A DNA stretch of 36,280 bases. Origin: a virus. Its lineage: Duplodnaviria > Caudoviricetes. This document shows, one piece after another, positions 1 through 8,900 of this stretch. Every line of letters starts with the position of its first letter. The first letter of the stretch is position 1. The translations under genes and the position numbers were made by a program. The notes beneath the pieces were generated by a model. That model did not search any database. It was not told the origin of the DNA and saw only the letters and a list, made by a program, of their open reading frames with translations. Where the stretch lies: positions 1 through 36,280 of the IMG/VR virus record IMGVR_UViG_3300030372_001513, one strand, 5' to 3'.

Positions 1-301
1 TCTCGTTACATTAAATTATTTACCTAAGATTCCTGGACTTACAAGTGGAGAAAAGCAGGATATAACTTTTCCGGCATCTTTATTGGCTTCAAGTTTGGCT
101 AGTTTTGGACTAGAGAAGTCAGCTAAAAAGAAAGGTGATGGTACGTATGAAGTACCTCCACAAGATAAGCCAATGACAAAAAAAGAGATGGAAACAATGA
201 TTGCTAGTTCACAAGGTAATTATCAAACAATTAGAGTTGAAACACCCATTAAAATTGAAGGTGCTCAAGTAGTCAAAACTGATCCTTTAACAGGAAAAGA
301 A
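1..301. repeat. Terminal overlap copy 1 (equals 35980-36280; circular permutation/assembly overlap)
   Basis: 1-301 matches 35980-36280 except 142T/36121C and 203G/36182A; begins in the middle of a gene. Confidence 0.95.
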
Positions 302-331
302 ATTGACCCACAAACAGGAAAACTAAAATGA
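1..331 (+). CDS. C-terminal part of a 150-aa membrane protein that starts at 35858 and spans the junction
   Basis: Frame is continuous from ATG 35858 through the overlap to the stop at 331 (ORF track 83..331 is only its tail). Confidence 0.8.
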   Translation, partial: LVTLNYLPKIPGLTSGEKQDITFPASLLASSLASFGLEKSAKKKGDGTYEVPPQDKPMTKKEMETMIASSQGNYQTIRVETPIKIEGAQVVKTDPLTGKEIDPQTGKLK

Positions 332-813
332 AAAAATTTCTTCCTCTTTTATTTCTTCTTTCATCTCCAGTATTTGCAGACATAAATCACTCTATAACTA
401 GTTCGGTTCAACTCACTGTTAACGCAGCAGCTACCCAGGCCCAAAGAATCGGGTCGACTTTTTCGGCCTCTGGGACGGGGGTGGATTTAGCGATAGGTGA
501 CGATGCTGGACGCATATCAAATGGAACGATTACTTCAGGGGTTTATAACCCAGGAACAGTTCTTGCAACGCAGAACGCAACTTCTGGAGAGAGTTTTTCC
601 TACAGTCAGTCATTCGTTCAGGCGGACGCTTTGAGTGGAGCAGCTCCTAGTGTCGGAGCAGTTCCTAACTATTCAAACGTAACTTCGACAGCGGCAGGTG
701 TAGCTGGGTCACTGGCTGGGTCGGTCACGAGTGCGTCTGTGAACAGCATTACAGCAGGAGGTGCTGGAACTTCGGCCATATCCAGTATTGAAAGTGCCTT
801 AACTATTAAGTAA
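328..813 (+). CDS. Secreted S/T/G/A-rich hypothetical protein
   Basis: Sec signal peptide MKKFLPLLFLLSSPVFA; ATGA overlap with upstream gene. Confidence 0.8.
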   Translation: MKKFLPLLFLLSSPVFADINHSITSSVQLTVNAAATQAQRIGSTFSASGTGVDLAIGDDAGRISNGTITSGVYNPGTVLATQNATSGESFSYSQSFVQADALSGAAPSVGAVPNYSNVTSTAAGVAGSLAGSVTSASVNSITAGGAGTSAISSIESALTIK

Positions 814-1235
814 TGAAGCGGCTTCTGCCACTGTTATTACTTATAAGTTCCCCTGCTTATAGTGTACCCGTGGTGCCAAATTTCTCTCAGGGTGTGATGC
901 AATCCACCACGAGGACGACTAGCGTAGTGACAGAAAATATTGTTTCTCACGATTACTCTGGCTATCAGTACTCTTTAAATGGTTCAAATATTTCTATCGA
1001 TGGAAACTCAATCGCACCTGACCCTAACACCACTACAAGCACAGTGGGAGGACAATCACAAACATGGACTGGATTAGACATCAATTCCAGAGGAAACGTC
1101 ACGATTACGAATCAAGGTCAACCTTTCCAATTCGTAGAAACTTATCGTGGGCCATCGCTCCAAAACGTAACAACCATTCAGCGGACAACAAATATAGAAT
1201 CAGTGACAGAAACAACGTCCGTCTTCTCCCAGTAA
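813..1235 (+). CDS. Secreted T/S-rich hypothetical protein
   Basis: Signal peptide MKRLLPLLLLISSPAYS; TAATG coupling. Confidence 0.8.
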   Translation: MKRLLPLLLLISSPAYSVPVVPNFSQGVMQSTTRTTSVVTENIVSHDYSGYQYSLNGSNISIDGNSIAPDPNTTTSTVGGQSQTWTGLDINSRGNVTITNQGQPFQFVETYRGPSLQNVTTIQRTTNIESVTETTSVFSQ

Positions 1236-1855
1236 TTGCGTCACTATTTATAACTTTACCTGCGTATTCTCAGACCTCTTCGACTGCGGCCCCCGTTGCA
1301 AATTCTAGTGGTTCAGTCACAAATATGGGTATACAGAACTTGCCAGGTAATAGTGTTACCAACCATTATGGAGGGAATATTATATGTCAAGGACCGATGT
1401 TGACTATATCTCCATTCGTGACCGATTCACATTCATTTAGTAAGCCTAGAGAGTATTGGTATGATGCACCTTCTTATAATGATGATGGAAGTTTGAGCCA
1501 CTACGTTGCTACACGTACAGGACAAAAAGATAACTTTGCCTTGAACCTAGGGGTATCTGCTAACTTCTCAATCCCACTAGATAATTCACTTCAAAGAAGA
1601 TGCAAATCTGCTGTAGATAAGCAGCTTTCTTTACAACAGGAACTGGTAAATTTTAAAAGATTAGATTTTGAAATTACAAGATTGAAGAACTGTGGGGAAT
1701 TAAAGTTGGCTGGTATAGAATTTTCTCCTTCTTCTTCCTATCACAAGATTTGCTCCGACATTCTCGTAAAACCCAAGATGGGACAAGTTTTACCGCATAG
1801 ACATACACTTAAACCTTTAGAGGTGGTAACCCCTTCTTCTCCCGATAAGCGTTAG
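1064..1855 (+). CDS. Secreted/envelope hypothetical protein (true start uncertain, probably near 1199)
   Basis: Signal-like RLLPVIASLFITLPAYS at about 1220-1270, beta-rich middle, Cys-containing helical C-terminus. Confidence 0.7.
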   Translation: MDWIRHQFQRKRHDYESRSTFPIRRNLSWAIAPKRNNHSADNKYRISDRNNVRLLPVIASLFITLPAYSQTSSTAAPVANSSGSVTNMGIQNLPGNSVTNHYGGNIICQGPMLTISPFVTDSHSFSKPREYWYDAPSYNDDGSLSHYVATRTGQKDNFALNLGVSANFSIPLDNSLQRRCKSAVDKQLSLQQELVNFKRLDFEITRLKNCGELKLAGIEFSPSSSYHKICSDILVKPKMGQVLPHRHTLKPLEVVTPSSPDKR

Positions 1856-2537
1856 CTCTCTTTTCTGATTGTGTTAAAGGTCTAACTGGTTTACCAAGTT
1901 TCTTTTTAATCTTGTTAATTATTTGCTTAAGTGCTGGACGGACTAGACGTAGCAAGACAGGAGTTGCAAGAGCCGCACTTGTAGCAATAAGAGTAATCCC
2001 AGTAGTGCTAACAACTTGAGGGGCAGTTGGAATGGCATTAACAATTTGTTGAGTCGTTGTTAATTTCTTGTACTGCGTAATACAACGATTGCCAATTAAT
2101 TGATACGCAATTATTTCTTTCCTGCCATCTTCGATTTTAGTGCCAATCTCTGCCGCTCCAGGTGGCGGGCAATCCTCGATTTCCTTGGGGGGAGGTGGGT
2201 CCGCTGCTGGGATGGGTGGTTGTGGATATCTTTGTTCCTCGTTCTTCGGTGGATATATAAGTTCTTCTGGCGTGTAGTCCATTGCGTTATAGCTTGGATA
2301 CTCCGCTTGGCATAAGACAACATTTCCTTTTGGATCATTAGTTAGTAATGCACTATTTTCCCTCGAATTTTTCCTTGCTTCAACACATCCAGGCATATCA
2401 ATTACAGGGAAACCTAAGTTAACTGTGACTGGAGCTGGAATATTTAAAGACTGAGGTGGCTGTATTTGCCATACTCGAATAACAGGATTCCTTATTGGTG
2501 CTATTTCTATCTTTGGTATTTTGTTTTTAGTTTCCAT
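1809..2537 (-). CDS. Membrane-anchored Pro/Cys-rich hypothetical protein
   Basis: 242 aa; Cys pairs, Pro-rich linker, hydrophobic segment followed by a basic tail. Confidence 0.75.
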   Translation of the reverse strand: METKNKIPKIEIAPIRNPVIRVWQIQPPQSLNIPAPVTVNLGFPVIDMPGCVEARKNSRENSALLTNDPKGNVVLCQAEYPSYNAMDYTPEELIYPPKNEEQRYPQPPIPAADPPPPKEIEDCPPPGAAEIGTKIEDGRKEIIAYQLIGNRCITQYKKLTTTQQIVNAIPTAPQVVSTTGITLIATSAALATPVLLRLVRPALKQIINKIKKKLGKPVRPLTQSEKRANAYREKKGLPPLKV

Positions 2538-2539
2538 CC

Positions 2540-2764
2540 CTAGAACTTAGGAATACTAATTACTTTAGGAGCTGTGGTAGGTAATGCAGGGCTTGTTAAA
2601 TTAGGTAATTTTATTTGACTCATAATTTGTTTTATAAGTTTTTCTTGAATCGTGTCTCTATTTGCTTTAAACCAAAAGTAACCAAACGTTCCAGTACCGA
2701 TTATTGATACTGACAAAACAAAGCTAATTGCTGATAATAAATTAGCTATTTTATTATTAAACAT
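2540..2764 (-). CDS. Small single-TM protein with Pro-rich tail
   Basis: 74 aa, N-terminal hydrophobic helix. Confidence 0.7.
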   Translation of the reverse strand: MFNNKIANLLSAISFVLSVSIIGTGTFGYFWFKANRDTIQEKLIKQIMSQIKLPNLTSPALPTTAPKVISIPKF

Positions 2765-2912
2765 GATAAAAAAGGTGCTAGTGAATTTAACAATGCCAGC
2801 CTTAACAATGACTATGCTCTTGTTATTAATAGGTCTAGCACCTTTTTATGTATTTGTAAGTTATATGGTACGAAACTTAGAACCTAAAATGACCACTTCA
2901 AGCCAACTTTAG
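2763..2912 (+). CDS. Putative 49-aa membrane peptide (not in ORF track)
   Basis: MIKKVLVNLTMPALTMTMLLLLIGLAPFYVFVSYMVRNLEPKMTTSSQL*; fills the gap 2765-2883. Confidence 0.5.
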   Translation: MIKKVLVNLTMPALTMTMLLLLIGLAPFYVFVSYMVRNLEPKMTTSSQL

Positions 2913-3240
2913 TGCCATAAGTATTGGTTGTATCTGTTAATAATGAGAACTCACCATAGATATTTACTTTTTCAGTAACATCAAACCCACCACCAACTTT
3001 TGCAGAAAGTTCAGTTGAACTGTCTCCACCATCAGGAGTAATAAAAGCAGGGCCACCCTGTAAATACCATGAACCTGAGTTGCCTAAACTATTTTCATAA
3101 CCTAAATGTAAATCTGTTGTTGTTGAAGAATAATTTGACCCAGCAAATGAAGAATTAGCTTCTACATTTGTATAAAAGCCAGCAAAACAAGGAGCTGAAA
3201 ATGTTGCTAAAACAGCAACAGGAGCTAATGCACGAAACAT
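2884..3240 (-). CDS. Small outer-membrane beta-barrel-like protein (cyanophage OMP-like)
   Basis: Signal peptide, alternating amphipathic beta-strands, C-terminal ...GLKWSF with terminal Phe (BAM-type signal). Confidence 0.75.
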   Translation of the reverse strand: MFRALAPVAVLATFSAPCFAGFYTNVEANSSFAGSNYSSTTTDLHLGYENSLGNSGSWYLQGGPAFITPDGGDSSTELSAKVGGGFDVTEKVNIYGEFSLLTDTTNTYGTKVGLKWSF

Positions 3241-3274
3241 TTTATTTGTTATAAAGTTTGATAATAGCTAGTTT

Positions 3275-3466
3275 TTAATTTTTTTCAGCTTCAACTGGTA
3301 CAGGATCAGTATTGTTTATTAATTCACTACAAAGTTGAATTTGACCAAGTATTTGTGCATGATTTTGTTTTAATTGATTTTGATATTTATTTGCGTTTTC
3401 AAATTCCTTCTCAATTCTTGATTTCTCAAGCTGAAGGGCTGCAAGTTTTTGTTTTAAGTCAATCAT
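3275..3466 (-). CDS. Small coiled-coil hypothetical protein
   Basis: 63 aa heptad pattern, co-oriented after the tail genes. Confidence 0.65.
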   Translation of the reverse strand: MIDLKQKLAALQLEKSRIEKEFENANKYQNQLKQNHAQILGQIQLCSELINNTDPVPVEAEKN

Positions 3467-3470
3467 AATT

Positions 3471-3755
3471 TTAAATTGTTTTTTGTGATATTAAATATGT
3501 TTTATAAGCAGCTTTTACATCAGTAGTCCAAACAGCATTGCATACAGATTGAACTTCTTGCGGCTCTCCAGATATATCTGTTTCTACTAAATTATCAGAA
3601 TTATCTAATTGCCCGATTGTAAAAGCATATCTTTCAAATTTAGAAGCAATCTCAACTCCATCTTTTTTAATAATATGTTTTTTTCGGACTTGAATAGATT
3701 TATATTTACCGACAATTTCTATTTTGTCGTATTCAGTTGTTTCAGTTAGTGCCAT
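3471..3755 (-). CDS. Tail-fibre-associated hypothetical protein
   Basis: 94 aa, GGAG SD, directly downstream of the tail fibre. Confidence 0.7.
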   Translation of the reverse strand: MALTETTEYDKIEIVGKYKSIQVRKKHIIKKDGVEIASKFERYAFTIGQLDNSDNLVETDISGEPQEVQSVCNAVWTTDVKAAYKTYLISQKTI

Positions 3756-3814
3756 TAGGATTAATCTCCGATTAAAACAGGTTTTGGCTTAGTTTAATGA
3801 CATAGCTCGGTCAT
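3756..3814 (-). promoter_or_regulatory. Structured 5' leader (two hairpins, one enclosing the SD)
   Basis: ATGAC/GTCAT stem (3797-3814) and TTAATC-GGA-GATTAA (3761-3775) over GGAG. Confidence 0.4.
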
Positions 3815-3822
3815 GTTTTTAA

Positions 3823-5949
3823 TTAGCTTATCGTATAAAAAACAGATAAGGCCGCTCTAGGTGAACTAAATCCAGCATTACTAACAAATATTTGTGTTGA
3901 ATTAGGTTGAACAAAAACAGTTGCACCCTGACCATTTGATGTACCTGTATTAGCTAATACAGGAAAAATTATTTGTCCTACCCCTGCCTTACCACCACAT
4001 GTAAAAGGTAAGTTAGATATTGTCACACCACTATCTCCACCTGCAAAAGCAAAGTCGTTAGAACCTGATCTTGTAAAAACTATACTTATAAAAACCATAT
4101 CCCCAATTTTTGTATATAAACCATTTGGATTTGAGCTATTAGTAACGCCTGAAAGTGAAGGTGAGAAAGAACCCTCTTCATAGTCATCTAAAGTATTTGC
4201 ATCAGTATTAGAGGTTGCACCTAATACAATTCCTCTTCCAGCAGCACTAAAAATTAAATCTCCATCACCAATCCTTACCTCACCTGTTACTGCAAGAACT
4301 GATCCATCATAGGTTAAGTTTGACTCAGCATCTAAAGTATTAGCAGTATCAGAACCAGTGATAACTTTATTATTTGCATTATTATTAATTGTTGTACCAC
4401 CCACGCCAGTTAAGTTGGATCCATCAATAGCAGGTAAAGTACCTGTAATATTAGCAGCAGGTATCGCTGTTAAATTAGCTGCTGAAGCTGCTGGTAACGT
4501 AGCAGGGAATCTAGCATCAGGTATTGTTCCAGAAGTTAAATTAGATGCACTTAACGCAGTTAAATCTATAGCAGACCAAGATGTATTACCATTTGCATCA
4601 GTAGTTAAGAACTGACCATTCTGTATGTTTTGAGGAAACGTAAAAGTATAACTTGCACCAGCACTATGAGGGGGTGATTTTAGTTTTATACCATGAGAGT
4701 TTTCAGCACAGTTAAGTTGTATATAACCTTCTGTAGATCCAGAAGTACCTTTAGCTTCAAAACTTGGTAAAGAAGATGTTGATACTGCATTAATCTTATC
4801 TCTTGTAACAGCATCGTTAGCAATAGCTGCTTGCACTACGGCATCATCAGCGATAAGTGCTGAAGTGATTGCATCATCAGCTATTTTTGCACTTGTAATA
4901 GCATCATCAGCTATTTTTGCATTTGTAACAGCATCGTTATCTATAGTAAAAATTGCACCAGTATTGGAAACTGTAATATCACCTTTATCTCCATCTGTTA
5001 AAGCTGCTCCACCTGCACCTGTAGAATCTTCTGCTGGTTCCCATCTATTATTTGCAGCAATATATTTTAAGACTTGGCCATTAGACGGGGTGGCATTATG
5101 GACATTAGCTAAATCTTCTATGTTTTTAGTAGAAGTTACATCAGCATTAGCAGCTATGCCTGATAATTTAGTTTTCTCTGCATCAGTAAAGGCATTAGTA
5201 TCAGAGTTTGCTTCGTAAGCAGTTTTTATTTCTGCATTTGTCTGGTCAGCAGTTGCATTACTTTCTATACCATTTAATTTAGTATGGTCTGCATCAGTAA
5301 ACACGTTGCTATCACTAGCACTTTCGACTAAAGTTCTTATTTCTGCTGCGGTTTGATCTGCTGTAGCTGATGCTTCAATACCTGATAGCTTTGTTTTTTC
5401 TGCATCGGTAAAAGCATTTGTATCACTGTTTGCTTCGTAAGCTGTTTTAATTTCTGCGTTAGTTTGATCGGCAGTTGCATTAGCTTCTATAGCGTTTAGT
5501 TTGGAATGATCGGCATCTGTAAAGACATTACTATCAGTGGCATTTTCTACAGCAGTTCTTATTTCTGCATCTGTCTGATCTGCTGTAGCGTTCTCTTCAA
5601 TACCACCTAACTTATCTAATATCTCCTGTTGAGCAAATATAACCTGATCTGCATTGGTATCTAAATCTGTTTCAGTTAAAACACTTCCATCTGTAAAATC
5701 TACTTTCTTTGTACTGATATTTGTATTTCTAGTAAATTTAATATTACCTGTACCAGAAGGGGGTATGTTACCAGAAGTAAAAGTAACAGTAGAACCACTT
5801 ATTGTATAGTGTGTACCTAATGTTTTAAGTACTCCTCCTACTGTTACATCAACTTCACTATCAGCTAAGAATGAAAATGATATAGCAAAATTAGCTTGAC
5901 TACCTGTGCCATTATGAGTTTGCGTTGTTGCTGTGGTGTTAGTAGCCAT
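3823..5949 (-). CDS. Tail fibre protein (T7 gp17-like N-terminus)
   Basis: N-terminal G.G.Q.NF.I.F.FL....V.V...RNT...VDFTDGSVLTETDLD anchor domain, internal repeats, position after gp16. Confidence 0.9.
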   Translation of the reverse strand: MATNTTATTQTHNGTGSQANFAISFSFLADSEVDVTVGGVLKTLGTHYTISGSTVTFTSGNIPPSGTGNIKFTRNTNISTKKVDFTDGSVLTETDLDTNADQVIFAQQEILDKLGGIEENATADQTDAEIRTAVENATDSNVFTDADHSKLNAIEANATADQTNAEIKTAYEANSDTNAFTDAEKTKLSGIEASATADQTAAEIRTLVESASDSNVFTDADHTKLNGIESNATADQTNAEIKTAYEANSDTNAFTDAEKTKLSGIAANADVTSTKNIEDLANVHNATPSNGQVLKYIAANNRWEPAEDSTGAGGAALTDGDKGDITVSNTGAIFTIDNDAVTNAKIADDAITSAKIADDAITSALIADDAVVQAAIANDAVTRDKINAVSTSSLPSFEAKGTSGSTEGYIQLNCAENSHGIKLKSPPHSAGASYTFTFPQNIQNGQFLTTDANGNTSWSAIDLTALSASNLTSGTIPDARFPATLPAASAANLTAIPAANITGTLPAIDGSNLTGVGGTTINNNANNKVITGSDTANTLDAESNLTYDGSVLAVTGEVRIGDGDLIFSAAGRGIVLGATSNTDANTLDDYEEGSFSPSLSGVTNSSNPNGLYTKIGDMVFISIVFTRSGSNDFAFAGGDSGVTISNLPFTCGGKAGVGQIIFPVLANTGTSNGQGATVFVQPNSTQIFVSNAGFSSPRAALSVFYTIS
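5143..5613 (-). repeat. Four 37-aa tandem repeats (ABAB) in the tail fibre
   Basis: ATADQT.AEI.T..E...D.N.FTDA...KL..IE repeated four times. Confidence 0.9.
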
Positions 5950-5951
5950 AA

Positions 5952-8900
5952 TTAATTAGATAGATTTCTTAAGTACTTGTCAGAGTAATCTATTTGAATA
6001 CCAGACTTATAATTCATTATACGATCTTGTTCATTTGATGAGAAGTTATTGTCAATATACTCTTGTTCTGCTATTCCAATATACGTTTTGTTAATATATG
6101 TAAGTTCTGCAAAGATAGCGTTAGCTGCTACTTGACCTGCTTTACTATTTAATCCTTCTGCGTCAATAATATCTCTATTTGATGTGTAATCTGGTGATTT
6201 TAAATAAGTATTCATGCTTTCTAGTATTGTACCTTCACCAAATCCAGCATCAATTTCTAAAGTATTTATTCTAATTTTTAAAGCATTATATTCATTAGTA
6301 TCTAATCTTATAGGTACAAAATTTTCTTTACTAAAATCACCTGTTATAAATTCACTAGGTTCTTGTATTCTTTTACCTATTTGAGCTAAAGCTGTCCATA
6401 TAGGTTGATTTTTACTTTTACTTGTAACACTTACACCAAAGACATTACCTCCTATTCTGTTTGGATATTCTATTGGTTCATTTGTTATATGTTCTACATC
6501 AAATGGTATGTCAGGACCAATCCCATATTTTGCTTTGAATTGATTTAGAACAGAACGATTTAAAATAGCAAACGGTCCACTCTTTTCATATTGTGGGTCA
6601 GTAGGGTCGCCTGTTGTTAAAACATCACCTGCTCTTACTTTTGTATCTGGTCGTTGTTGATTTGCTCTAAATGGACCTAAGTTACCTTTTATTTCTTTTA
6701 TTTCCTTATGACTAAATCCCATAACTCTTAATATGTCATTTGGGTATCTTCTTAAATCTGACACCAAACCAGAAAAAGGTAAACGAGAAGTAATTTGCCT
6801 ACCTACAAAATCTCCTACTTTTTTTATTCTGTAGTTTTTAACAGCATCACCACTAGAATCTGTAGGTGCTGTAGCATCACGAAAGATATTTATAAACTCT
6901 TCAAACTGTGATGTCCATGAATCGTTATACATATTTTGTAAAACAGATACAACTAAACCTGTCGTTAAATCGTCATAGGGTTTACCATTAAACATACCTA
7001 AAGAGTTTGTGACATCAACAATAGTTTTTATACTGCCAGCAACAGGTTCTAACCAACCTTCGTATGAGTCGTATCTGTAAACAGGTTTCCCATCTTCACC
7101 TATTTTTGGTTCTCCATTTTCGTCATACTGTAATCTACCAATACTGTATGGTCGCCAACCATTTTTATATTTATTAATCCACATAGCCTTACCTTCTTTC
7201 TTACCAAAATCAGGACCACCACCTGTAAGAATTATAGGTGGTATGTATGTAGGATCTTGCATTAGTAAGTTTGCACCTACAGCAAAACCGCCAATAGCTG
7301 TTACTACAGATATTGCATGGTTAATATCTCCAATAGCTAAAGCTCTTATTTTTGGGTCTGGACTATTTAATTGCTTTGATAATTGAGGTATAAAAACTTC
7401 ACTCATAGGGTTAAGATTTCTACCACCTACTACTGGCAAACCTTTAGGAAAGTTTACTGGTTGCATACTAACAGGATTAACTATTGGTACAAACAAGGGG
7501 TTGTTTCTGTAATTAGCTTCTTTTAAGTTTGTAGGAGTTCTTGTAAAAGAAAGCATAAATCTTAATGCAGGGAATTGATTAGCTTTGTCATCAGCAAATT
7601 TAGAAATACCTCCAAACGGACCAGTAGTATCTATTTCTTGTGTAAAGGTTGAAAACTTAGCTTGTTTCTTCGCATGAATTAAAAATCTTTTTGTTAAATC
7701 ATCAAGTTTTTTATTTCCATTTTGTGCATACCATTCAAGAATAGCCATCTTATGTTTGTTGATAAATTTATTTATTTCATCTCCTTGTAATCCTTGCCTT
7801 TTAGCTTCTATAAAAGCCATATAAGTAACATCTGCTATAAGGTTTGGAGCCTGTACCATAGCGTCAGTAGCAGTCATATTACGACCTGAGAATCTAACTG
7901 CTCTACCTGCATTGTTTACTACAGCACCTTTAGCACCACCAGCATCAGTTTTAATTGCAAATTTATTTTCAAATTTTCTATTACCTATATTGATAAAATT
8001 ATCTTCTAACTTCATAGATTTTGTATATGCTGTTCTCATAAAATGATAATTACTATGTAAAGCTGCAAGATGTCTCATAGCTGCTTCAAATGCTTCTGGA
8101 TTTCTTGCACCATAAAATAGTTTTAATTGTCTATGATAAGTATTTAAAGTTGCAGAAATAAAGTTTGCTGTATTTGTACCAAATCTAAATAACATACCAT
8201 TAATACCTACTTCATTTACTACTCTCATACTTTGATTAAAAGGGTTATCATCTTGTAATTTAAAAGCGTTTACCTTAGTAAGACCAAATAAAGTTTCTGG
8301 TTCTCTTTCTGCTACTTGTATCATTTTGCCAATCCTATATAGTTCCGAATAATCTCCTGTTTGTTTAGCAAGTTCTAAATTTCTTGATAAGTCTTTTTTT
8401 AAGTCTTCTGCACTAAAAGCAACTTCATCTAAAGTATTTGCAAACTTTTCTTCATTAAAAGATTTTGGTTGTGGAACTTCATCAGCCATATATTCTGCTG
8501 CTGTTTTCCCACCCATATTTTTTTTAACTTTTATATTTAATTTTTCTAAAGTTTGTCCAGCCCTGCTTGCAGGTACTAAATAATTTGTAAGCCACTTTTT
8601 CATATCATCTATTTTGTTTGCCAAATCTACTATTGCTATTTCTATATTTTCTGGATTCTTGCTATTTAAAGCTTTTAAATATGCGTTATTAGCATTATTA
8701 AGATTTTCTGCTGACATAACTGCTGTTATTGCTAAAGCAGCATTAACTTCTTTTTGTTTTGTAATACCATGAAAGTTCTCTATTTTTTGTGCTTCACTTT
8801 CTATTAGTTTTGTTTTTGATAAATCAATTATTTTTTTTGAAAAATCTTTTTGTTCTGGGTCAAATAGTCCTAAAGCTTTTATTAAAGTCTCCTGATCTGT

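Noticed and set aside
1-301. Biological direct terminal repeat
   Set aside because: It starts mid-gene; gene order places the true T7-type ends between terL and the early promoter (about 32550-32900).
3823-4300. Diversity-generating retroelement target in the fibre tip
   Set aside because: No reverse transcriptase and no template/variable repeat pair seen.
4358-5218. Plus-strand ORFs inside the tail fibre (likewise 2100, 2111, 11513, 15171, 15923, 18095, 19051, 21631, 22438, 22628, 23319, 27483, 27955, 27959, 28662, 31720, 34377, 34614)
   Set aside because: Shadow frames overlapping well-supported genes, with no motifs or RBS.
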